A stretch of DNA of 64,000 nt from Rebecca billardiae RCC1528 (Eukaryota > Protista > Haptophyta): assembly GCA_965240325.2 (NCBI GenBank), contig OZ251228.1:744001-808000 (forward strand). Direction: 5' to 3'. Below the pieces are notes generated by a model. It made no database searches. It was given only the letters and a program-made list of their open reading frames with translations, and was not told the origin of the DNA. A program made the translations under genes and the position numbers. Below are positions 35,149-45,162 of the stretch, one piece after another. Numbering within the stretch: the stretch's first letter is position 1; every line of letters begins with the position of its first letter.

Positions 35149-35433
35149 TATACAGCAGTAACTGCAGTAGTTGATGACAACTATTGACTCAGTCTCAGAG
35201 TGTCAGATACCGGATAGTGATGCCAGTAGAGTGGCGGCCGCCGCTCGGTCTGCAGTACGTAGTGTGAGCATTGAGCGTCAGTCAGCTGAGCTTAAACTGC
35301 AGCACTGCGACCCTGGTCGTCAGTCTCAGACTCTCAGTGAAGCGGATGAGTCGAAGGACCTACCAACTTTTTATGCTAAGCGCTCAGCAGCGTTCTGCCG
35401 TTGCAGAGCGCACGGCACCGCCCAAAATTATAA

Positions 35434-35969
35434 CTACATGTTGCCGATCTTCTTCTGCCACTTTAGGGACGCCTGCTTCTGCCCGTTGCACAGCTTGTAC
35501 CTGTGCGGCGGTGCACACGGGAGTGGGAGACGCGGTGGGTCGATCAGACGTTCCGACAGATCGCAGGGCCGAGTGCCACCGCGACAAGAGCGCTCGCGCG
35601 GCGCGCTCACTCGAGGAACGCGTCGTTGCAGTGATCCTTGTCGTTGCCGTACATCTCCAGGCAGCGCAAGCTCACCGTGTGGTAGGCACTGCAGTCGATC
35701 ACGGCCCTCTTGACATTTTCCTTTTGCTGGTGCAGGCACTCCTTCCATGACGCCACCTGGTCGCTGCATTCGGCCGCATTCCTGTTGCCGTAGCGCTGCA
35801 TGCACCGGAGCGCCTCCAGCTCGCGGGTGTGGCAGAAGACGGGCTGGCCCACGCCACCCGACTGTGGTACTGCGCTGATTGCCGCGGGCTCAGCGGCAGC
35901 TGCGGCGGCGCTCTTCGCGTGCGTCGGCCAATAGCGCTTGCGCGCAGGAGCGTCTTCTGCTTCCACCAT
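35434..35969 (-). CDS. Mitochondrial intermembrane-space protein with four Cx9C motifs (double CHCH); intron 35501-35610
   Basis: CHTRELEALRC, CSDQVASWKEC, CSAYHTVSLRC and, after splicing, CNDAFLE|YKLC, each exactly Cx9C. Confidence 0.85.
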
Positions 35970-36160
35970 TGTCGAATGTTCGCGGCCTCGCGGAGTCGCA
36001 GATGGTCCGGGCGGGCGGAGCGGACTCAGCGGATCGAGTCTCGCCCGGACGAGGCCGACGGTTGGCATCAGCCGAATAGGAAAAAATGCGCGACCGGCTG
36101 CGCCAAGCGGCCGCTGCACCCAAGCGCGCACCGAGCGAGGGGCCGCGTGACGACACAGGC

Positions 36161-37527
36161 ATGATGTGGCAGGACGACGGCGGCGGGGGCTTCGGCGGCG
36201 GGGCCTACGGCGCGGGCGATGTGCGCGCACGTCCTGCGCCCCGCACGCCGCTGTGGCGCGTCGCCGCGCGCGCACCCTCGCAGCGCTCACGTGGTGCGCC
36301 CGCGCGTCGCGGCGCGCGCAGTACGGAGGCGGTGGTGGTGGCGCGTTCGGCATGGGTGCGATGGGCGGCTTCGATGCGACAACAGGCGGCGGCGCCTTTG
36401 GCGGTGGCGGTGGCTACGGGGCCGGCGGCTTCAACGCCGATGCGGCCGGCGGCTCGCAGGCCGCTGGCAAAGCCGGCGGCGGCCAGGGCGGCAAGAAGGA
36501 GCAGAGCCTGATGCCGGTGACGCTGCGCATGATCCTCGACGCCAAGCAGAACCAGAACGGCGAGGACATGTGGATCATCAACGGCCGAGAGATCTCCCAG
36601 GTCACCTTCGTCGCGATGATCGCCTCGGTCGACGAGAAGTCCACCAACGTCACGTACAAGATGGACGACGGTACCGCGTTCCTCGACGTGAAGGTGTGGA
36701 CCGACAACGACGACTCCGACCAGGCGCACGAGAAGCGCTCGCACATGCGGTACGCGGCGTGGCGCACGCGCTACGCCGCGGGACATCGTGCACCGCGCGC
36801 ACACGCGCCCGGCCGCCGGCCGCCGCGCCGACCGCCCCCGCGCGCGCGCGCCCGCGCGCCGGCGTCGCGCCGCGCAGCGAGGGCACGTACGTGCGAGTGT
36901 TCGGCCTCCCGCGCCAGATGCAGGGCAACGTGACCATCTCAGTGCACTCGATGCGCGCCATCGAGTCGCACAACGAGCTCAGCTTCCATCTCCTCGAGAC
37001 GCTCCACGTGCACGTCAAGCTGACGATGGGCGATGCAGCGCTCGGCGGCGCGGCCGCCCGACCGGCGAACGGTGCCGCGGGCGCGGGACCGGCCGCGCAC
37101 GGCGGCGGCGCTCCGCCGCAGGGCGCCGCCATGGCGGTGGGCGGCGGTGGCGGCGGGGCGAGCGACACGACCGCCCTGCAGCAGGAGGTGCGCGCGCGCG
37201 TGCGCGCGCGCGCACACGCGCAACGCGCGACGCCCGCCAACCGGCATTGCCGCGCTGGGCTTGTGCTGACTGGCCACTCCCCGCCCGCGCCGCGCCCGCC
37301 CCGGGTGCCCGGCGACTCCGCGCGCGGCGCTCGCGCAGTGCCTCGCCATCATGGCCCAGTACCAGCAGGTGGAGAGCGGGGCGAGCCTCGACACGATCCT
37401 GGGTGCCCTCGGCGGGCGGTACGGCGGCTCTGACAACGTGCAGAAGGCGCTGCAGGCGCTCACGGAGGAGGGGCACATCTACACGACCATCGACGATTAC
37501 CACTACAAGTCCACGAGCGAGGGTTGA
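36161..37527 (+). CDS. RPA2: Replication protein A 32-kDa subunit; introns 36221-36321, 36750-36877, 37188-37338
   Basis: Gly-rich N-terminus; OB fold QSLMPVTLRMI...YKMDDGT...VKVW, EGTYVRVFG, HNELSFHLLETLHVH; winged helix LTEEGHIYTTIDDYHYKST. Confidence 0.95.
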
Positions 37528-37962
37528 ATCGATTTATTTTGAAATCACGGAGGTTTGCGAATAGCTGCTAGGACAACTTGGCGACCTAAGTTGCCAGGCT
37601 TCTTTGAGCACGTGGAGCTGTGCATGACCGGGCGCTTGGACGCATCACGCCCGGTGCGCGAGCTGTCACTCGCTCCCGGAGGCAGGGGATGGTGGCCGAC
37701 CGCCGCGGCTGCACGGCCACAGCCCACACTGCGCGGCTGCCCCCAGCGCTAAGGCCATGATCACTCCGTCAGACAGCTTCGCACGTCCACGTTCGGGCAG
37801 TGTGTTGCGACGCGAACGAACATCCTCGCCGGAGTCGTCCGCACGAACCGTCCGTCTCAGCTGTCCAACACGGGTCTACGGTCAGGTGCACATAGCTACA
37901 CGATCGTAAGCTACTCAGACAGAAAAGACGATGACGGAAATAAACTGCTGCTGAGAAGTGAT

Positions 37963-38042
37963 AGGGGGCTGGCCAGGGTAGGGCTGGAGGCTTCGGCCGC
38001 CAGCCTGATCACCCGGAGCCCGTTATAAAGGGGAATTTATTA
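37963..38042 (+). repeat. Dispersed hairpin-containing repeat, copy 3
   Basis: gggggctggccagggtagggctggaggcttcggccgccagcctgatcacccggagcccgttataaaggggaatttatta. Confidence 0.75.
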
Positions 38043-38202
38043 CTGCTGGTGCTGATAACGACGACTGACGGGACCGCTAAATCCCTCGAATCGAAAATGA
38101 CCGAAAATGAAAATCGGTCTTCGCTCTCCCCTGGCTGTTCATCATCTGATCATCAAGGTTGACAGGGGCGCAGTCTCGCTTTTGCCCACGGCCACCAGCA
38201 TC

Positions 38203-39639
38203 ATGCTCTCGTGCCTTCCGGGGGCGTCGGACGCGGATTGGATGGAGACGGAGGTGCTCTCGCCGTTTGACATGCTGGACGACGCGCTGGTACTCGCCGT
38301 CTTCGGCTGCTTCGAGCGCCCAGCCCCGCTTTGCTCAGTCGCCTCGGTCAGCAAGCGCTTCCACGTGCTCTCGCTTGAGCCGTACCTGTGGCAGCCGCTG
38401 CTCTCGTCCGTGCTGCCGCCGCCCGGGGGGCGCGGGCTGATGGCGTGGCCGCCGTGCCAGCGGATGGGCATGCGCGCCTGGCGCGAGCGCTACAAGCAGT
38501 GGCACACGCTGTCGGCGCTCACGTGGACGCGGTGCGCGGCGCCGCAGCGCGCGGAGGACAAGCCGTGCGCCCGCTTCCTGCACCGCGCCGCGGCGGTCGG
38601 GGGCGAGCGCGTGTACGTGTACGGCGGGCGCGGGCACGAGGGCGAGCTGGGCGACCTGTGGGTCATCCGCGCGGACGCCGCCGTGCGCGAGGGCATCGCG
38701 CATTGGGAGCTGCTACAGCCGCGCAGCGACGAGCGGCCGCTCGCGCGCCTCTCGGCAACCCTGACCGCGGTGCAGCTGTCGGACCCGACGCACCACGGGC
38801 TGCTGATGTTCGGCGGGCGGTGTCAGGAGGCGTTCCTGAACGACGCGTGGCTCTTCGACACGCGCGCGGCGAAGTGGACGCAGGTCTCGCCGCACATCGT
38901 CCAGCCGCGCGAAGGCGCGCCCGGCGCGCCTGAGGGGCGGTGGGCGCACTCCGCCGTCGCGTACAACTCGTCAGAGGTCGTCATCTTCGGGGGCTCGGCG
39001 CCGGGGCGGTGCTTCAACGACGTGCACTCGTTCCACGCGCGGCCCCGCGAGTGGCGCCTGCACGAGACCGCCGGCCCCAAGCCCTCCGCGCGCTCGGGCC
39101 ACTCCGTGTGCCGCGCGGGCGTCTCGATGTACGTCTTTGGCGGCAACACGACGCGCGACTCCTTCAACGACACGTGGGAGTACCGGATGGACACGCGCAC
39201 GTGGGCGCAGCTCAAGACGCGGGTGCGTGCCGCGCGCCGCCGGCGCGGAATGGCGCCGCCCTCCCTCGCCGCCGCGCCCGTGCGCGCGCCCCGCTGACGC
39301 CACCCGCCGCGCTTGCTCCTCGCGCCGCGCCGCGCATCGCAGGGCACCCAGCCGTCGCCGCGCGTCGGCCACTCGCTCGTGCAGTTTGGAGACCGGCTGA
39401 TGCTGTTCGGCGGTCGGAAGTACATGGACAACTCGTTCGACGCGGCGATGCACTGCCTCGACCTGCAAGCGCGCCGATGGTCCGCCGTGAAGGCTGGCGG
39501 CGACGCGCCGAGCGCGCGCACAGGCCACGCGGCGCTCGCGTGTGGCGGCGGCATGCTCGTCTTTGGCGGGCTCGGCTCGGGCGAGAATCCGACGTACTTC
39601 AGCGACGCGTTCGTGTTGCGCCTTTTCGAGGTGGAGTGA
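38203..39639 (+). CDS. F-box + Kelch repeat protein; intron 39223-39342
   Basis: F-box FDMLDDALVLAVFGCF...VASVSKRFHVLSLEPYLW; Kelch repeats PxxRxxH...(Y/M/I)xFGG...ND.W. Confidence 0.92.
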
Positions 39640-40118
39640 GGGCTACCGGGCCGCGGGGCGCGCCACGACGGCCTATCGTCGGGCGCCATGGCTTACTTAC
39701 GGCCGGCTCCGAGCACCGACAGCGCGCAGCGTCGCCCATTAAGCGAGTGATGCCTGATGGCTGATGAGTGATGGTGACGCGACTTCTAAAACTTCTGCTC
39801 TGCTTGTATTACTTGTAACCATCATGAATAATTATTGATGTTGTATCATTGGGCCGCGTCTTTGGTCGACGTACTCCGCGCGGTTGCACTGACTAATCTG
39901 AGTGAATGACTGATGCCCTGCCCCTGGGCTGCGGCTCCGAGTCCGACGGCTCCGGTCCGCACCGGACCACCCCCCCGGCAGCTCCGGAGTCGTCCGGTAC
40001 GTCTTGGCCCCGAGCCGAAGTCAACCAAGCGGACCATGCAGCAGAGTCCCTTCCGACCCCCAATTGATGATGCTGACTTCAACGAGACGAAATGTCGCAT
40101 CTGACCACCTCCCAATGA

Positions 40119-40270
40119 TAGGTTCAGACTCTATATTACTATATATATGTAATTACCCGTCCCTTACTCAAGTTTCAGCACAGTACGGGAGGCGTTCCGG
40201 ACACCTGTATACATATGCAAAATATCATCCGGGCTGGGTATTTAGTTATAGAAATTAGAGTCTGAACCTA
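40119..40270. mobile_element. MITE family A, copy 2
   Basis: TAGGTTCAGACTCTA ... TAGAGTCTGAACCTA; internal similarity to 2090-2234 (tacc, ccgga, aaatat, ctgggta blocks). Confidence 0.75.
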
Positions 40271-40508
40271 TTGGAGGTCGGGCTGATGATCCATCTGGCC
40301 GTAATATCGTCCAAGGGACCGCCTTGGGTGGTCTAGGAGCTATCGTAGATCATCAGAGGCAGCGATCCCGCGCCGATTGCAGTGTCAAGATGTGACGCTC
40401 CAGTGACCGGACTGGGGTGGGTGGGACCGAAGCCGGAGCCCCTGATCGGCTGATGATGGGTGCATGACCCGAGGGCGAGTACGCGTCGTCGTCGATTCGG
40501 ATTTTTTA

Positions 40509-40513
<5 letters not shown>

Positions 40514-40577
<64 letters not shown>
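40514..40577. repeat. (TA)n microsatellite
   Basis: Direct reading. Confidence 0.97.
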
Positions 40578-40579
<2 letters not shown>

Positions 40580-41894
40580 TGCGACGCCGTTAGACAATAA
40601 ATCAGACATGCGCCGTGCGAAGACGCCGCCATGACCGAGATGCTGGCCTGGCGGGCGGCTTGACACTTCATTAGTATTTTTCTATTATTCACGACGACGA
40701 CCGCGGTCACTGGCCCGCCAGTAACTGGGTCTGGGTCTGGGGCGTCGGCCGCCGGGGTCAATATTACAATAACCGATTACCGAGTCCGAAGCCGGAGCCG
40801 TGATCGCAATTCGGATCATGATGACGAAAATAAAGATGACTGATGATGGCCGATGTGGCGACGCTCCGCCATTGTAGCTTTTTTCTGACGCTGACGGCCC
40901 GAGGTATATGAGCTTCCAAAACAGGCGGAGTGGTCGTTGGCCGCAAAATTAACTACGACACGAAAATAAAAAATGCCGCGTTTGATGCGGAATATATTAA
41001 CATTGGCGAGGCTGCTCCCGGCCGCTCGCCGACTTCGCCCGCCTGACCACTCGTACCTTCAGCCGCGTTACCAGACAGGAGATCGTGTACCGCCCGCGCG
41101 CCGCTGCCTCGCCGACGGCGCGGATCGAGGCCGCTCTAATAATAAGGGGCGACAGCCGCGCCCCGCTTGGCGCTTGGGTGCGGTCCGATCCATCTTATAT
41201 ATTGATTCTTGACGGGGCTCGCTCGATCGAAGCCTCGAAGTCGAGCCCCTGGCCGGCCGCAGAGTAGTGTGACTCCGTACCGTCGATAACCCGGTAACAC
41301 TACTACACTGTCCGCGTCTATTGGTAATTGCCGCGGCATGGCGCTGCATCGCGACGATAGCATATATATATATATATATGATCGGCTACGCCGATCTTCG
41401 GGTAGTAAACAACGAAGTTGAGGGCGCACGGCCCTGGTAGGCTCTGGCTGGTAGTTGCTGTCGCGTTGGCTTCACCGCCAATCACACGGCACGATGCTAC
41501 CAGTCAGCAAAGCGCGCGGACGAAAATCAGTCAGCTCTCCGAGAGGGCCCCGGGCCTGCGCGGGTCCGGCGGTCGCGGCGCCGGGCGCGGGGATGCTGTC
41601 AGCTTCCGAGCCCGTACAGCTCGTCGCGCGCGCTCGGGGTGCGCGAGGCGACGCGGTACGACGGTGGCGTGGACCACCACCTCACGCCTCGCTACGTCGT
41701 CAGCGTGTACAGCCCGCCGCTGCCACTAGCGCCAAGTGGCACTGCTCGGAACAGCTCGATGCGTCGCGCGTCGTCGTTTGCGTCGACTAGTCGCTCGGCC
41801 GGAGGTGCAGCTGACGCGCTCGCCGAAGCAGCACCGCAGCCCCCGCTCGATGATGTGCGCGGCATGAAGTTCGCACCGAACGTCTTCTTGTCGC

Positions 41895-42345
41895 GGCCCG
41901 GTGCTGCCCGCACTCGCTGCGGAGCGACCACTCGAAGATGCGCGCAGCGTGACGTGCGCGGCGAGTAACTCCTCGTCGCGAGATGCGCTCCGCCCGCAGT
42001 CGCACCCGCCGCCGCGGCGTCCGCCGCTGCGTCTGCCACCGCGCCGCCCGCCACAGTGCCGCGCCAGCGCAGGCGCAGCGCCCGACCGCTGCGGCGCCCG
42101 CCCGGCCGCTGTCACGCCCGCATTCAGCAGGCCCGGTGCTGCCGCGCTCGCCGGGCGACGAATCGATACCGCGCGCGGCGTGACGTGCGCGCCGAGTATT
42201 TCCTCGTCGCGAGATGCGCTCTGCCAGCCGCCGCGCCCGCCACCGCTGCTGCACTCGCCGCCGCGCCCGGATGCCGAGTAGCGCCCGCCCGACCGTCACG
42301 CCCGCCGTCAGCAGGCCCGACGCTGCCGCGCTGGCCGGGCGCCGC
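41895..42345. repeat. Degenerate ~235-bp tandem repeat in a decayed coding-like region
   Basis: gcccggtgctgcc...gcgtgacgtgcgcg.cgagta..tcctcgtcgcgagatgcgctc occurs at ~41895 and ~42131. Confidence 0.7.
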
Positions 42346-42561
42346 GGTGGTCGCGGCGTTTGATGCCGTCGCAGACGGCGTGCGAAGCGCGGCGTCGGTA
42401 CCCGCCCACCCTGCACGATGTTGCCGCGCTGCAACCTCAGCTTGATCGCTGACTCCACGCCAACGCCGAACGCGGAGCTCGCTGAAGAGAGCCCACCCGC
42501 ACAGTGGCAGTCTTCGAGCGAGCGCGGGCGCGCGTAGCTCGATCTTCAAAGAACGGAATCA

Positions 42562-43079
42562 AAGATACCAGCACCCGCCTATGGGGTTTGACCACCCGCA
42601 TATTGACGTCGTATCAGTAGATGACCAAGAGTATATCAGCAAGTCAGTAGCTCGATAGCCGTATGATATGAGAGCGCGCGGGAACGTCGGTTCGGACTAC
42701 CCGCGCAATAACATCTCGCGTCGCTTGATGAATATAAGGAGTGAACGACCATCAAAAGAATGTTCGATATCTCAGTCCCTTGTTTGCAATCTGTTCAACA
42801 GGCGAATCTTGACTATCAGAAGATACCAGCACCCGCCTATGGGGTTTGACCACCGGCATATTGACGTCGTATCAGTAGATGACCAAGAGTATATTATCAG
42901 CAAGTCAGTAGCTCGATAGCCGTATGATATGAGAGCGCGCGGGAACGTCGGTTCGGACTACCCGCACAATAACATCTCGCGTCGCTTGATGAATATGAGG
43001 AGTGAACGACTATCAAAAGAATGTTCGATATCTCAGACCTTGTTTGCAATCTGTTCAACAGGCGAATCTTGACTATCAG
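42562..43079. repeat. Near-perfect tandem duplication of a ~258-bp AT-richer unit
   Basis: aagataccagcacccgcctatggggtttgacc...cgaatcttgactatcag at 42562-42819 and 42820-43079. Confidence 0.92.
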
Positions 43080-43346
43080 AAAGGTAGCTAGAGATGTCTT
43101 TGTCCTATTCGAGTTCGATTTCTTCTATTACTTACTATCCAAGGATTAAGGAGCAGTACAAACGCAATCATGAGCAGCGATATCGAGTCAAATGCGGATT
43201 TCACACCTAAATCCACCTACAAAAATCCCCCAAATCCTGCGCGCATCCTCTTTTTTGATTTTGCGGAGCACGTGCGCCGCCCCCCCCGGCTTTCGCTCAC
43301 GCTCAGACCTTTCGGGGGGGCCGTGCGCCATGACTCGTCGTCATCA

Positions 43347-44849
43347 TCAATCGTCTGCTGCTGTCGAGGCCTCCGCGAGCAGCGTGCTGACGGCGCCGTT
43401 GGCACTCCAGGGCCTGGTGGGACGACCGGCCTGGGCAGTGCCACCGTCTTCATCAGCAGCTTCGGACGCAGATGAAACCAGCAGCGGTTGCCGGAGCGCG
43501 CGCGCGCGCGCTGCAGCTTCTTCGTCGGGATCCACGCGGAGCGTGGCAATGTCCGGGGACGGCCCTGCCCCTGCCGCAGTCTCATCACGCTGCTGATGTT
43601 CGGCGCCCTCGCCGCGATCGACACCGGCGCCCGCGGCAGCTCGCCACGAGGCGAGGCGCGCGGCCGTGAGCACACATGCGCGCGCGGCGCCGAACGCGAC
43701 GCACACCGCCCCTGGCGGGAAGGCGAAGGGCACGAGGTGGTCGTCGGCGGGATTCGCACGCATGTACGCGGCGCGTGCCGCCCACACGGCCGCAAGCCCG
43801 GAGACGGCTCCGCTCAGCGCGGCCGCGAGCGCGCGAGCGCACGCGCGCGGGCATGGCAGCGCTCCAGAGTCAGCCCCGACTGCTTGGCTGGCCGCGTGCT
43901 CGACGCTCGCTGCGTGCACGGCGATCGCGGGGACAAGCAGGATGGCGAGCGGCCACCAATGCGCCGTCGCGAGCAGCAGCAGCAGCGCCGCCAGCCCCCG
44001 GTGCAGCGGGCGGAAGACCCGCCGCTCGAGCCGCGCGCGCGCAGACGCCACCGCCAGATGCACCGAACCGACAAGCACAGCTCCGAGCGCGCACAGATAG
44101 AGCATGCGCTCACCGTCTCCGAACACGTCGAAGAGGCTGGCGAGGGCGGCTCGGAGGGAGCGGTGCGCCGTGACGAGGCCTATGAGCGCGTACGCCGCCT
44201 CGCCGCTCGCGTGCACCGCCGCCCAGCGCGCCGCGTCGCGCGACACGGCCTTGTGCACGAACAGCGCGTCTGCGCGCGTGCACGGCACGAGCGCGGTGAG
44301 AATGGGCGCGGCTGGGACGGCGACGAACGCGAGGTGCCAGCTGAGCGGGAAGGCGGCGGGGATGGCGAGGATGAGGACGACGCGCGCGGGGCTCTGCCAG
44401 TAGTACGGCGAGCGCGCGTACGCCAGCAGCGGCACCGCGAACCAGAGGGCTGACGCGCACCGCCACGCGCGGAGGACAGCCACCAGCTGTGCCGGAGTGC
44501 AGCCTCGCGCGTGCCGCGCGCGCTCGGCCTTCTGCGTGCTGGCCACGAGGGCCGAAATGAGCAGCGGGGCCACGAATGCGGCGAGCACGCCGAGCGCGAA
44601 CGGCGTGAAGCCGAGCAGCACGTCCCCGCCGAAGCAGTACGCTGCGTTTGGCGGGCACGGCGGCCGGGCCAGGAACAGACCGCACAGACCGCCAACGCCG
44701 CCGACGCCGCCAACGCTGGCGCCGGCGAACGGGGCGAGCGAGATGCGCACGGGCTCGTAGAGGAGGCTCACCGCCGCGAGGGCGAGGACTCCGCACGCCA
44801 CCGGCGCGAGCGAGACGCGTCGCCAGTCTCCGACGCCATCGACAGCCAT
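43347..44849 (-). CDS. Membrane protein with a ferric-reductase-like (bis-heme) transmembrane domain and no FAD/NADPH domain
   Basis: Many hydrophobic helices; His pairs HKAVSRDAARWAAVH and VFRPLHRGLAALLLLLATAHWW. Confidence 0.7.
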   Translation of the reverse strand: MAVDGVGDWRRVSLAPVACGVLALAAVSLLYEPVRISLAPFAGASVGGVGGVGGLCGLFLARPPCPPNAAYCFGGDVLLGFTPFALGVLAAFVAPLLISALVASTQKAERARHARGCTPAQLVAVLRAWRCASALWFAVPLLAYARSPYYWQSPARVVLILAIPAAFPLSWHLAFVAVPAAPILTALVPCTRADALFVHKAVSRDAARWAAVHASGEAAYALIGLVTAHRSLRAALASLFDVFGDGERMLYLCALGAVLVGSVHLAVASARARLERRVFRPLHRGLAALLLLLATAHWWPLAILLVPAIAVHAASVEHAASQAVGADSGALPCPRACARALAAALSGAVSGLAAVWAARAAYMRANPADDHLVPFAFPPGAVCVAFGAARACVLTAARLASWRAAAGAGVDRGEGAEHQQRDETAAGAGPSPDIATLRVDPDEEAAARARALRQPLLVSSASEAADEDGGTAQAGRPTRPWSANGAVSTLLAEASTAADD

Positions 44850-45162
44850 GGCGGGCGATGCTCGTGACGACTTCGCGACGAGCCACTCGCTGCGCACCCG
44901 CGCGCGCGGCGCAGGACTTGCAGTCTGGCCGCGCTCACGTCGTCCGTTACAGGCCGGAGCGCAAGGGCTGCCGAACCGACACCCCTGCTGTGTGGGCAGG
45001 ATGAGGATTGGCGACTTTGGCGAGCGCCCGCGAGCGGCCTCGGCCGGAGTGGCTGCCCGGCCGACCACCCGTGCCGCCGCTGATGCCTTAAGGCCGTTCA
45101 TCATCATCATGGCCCGCGCCACGAGCACTCATTCGATGATGGCCGCCGCGCGTACAGTACGC

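Noticed and set aside
35257-35264. ACGTAGTG as right end for the CACTA-like terminus at 32587
   Set aside because: Only 8 bp match and no TSD; consistent with chance.
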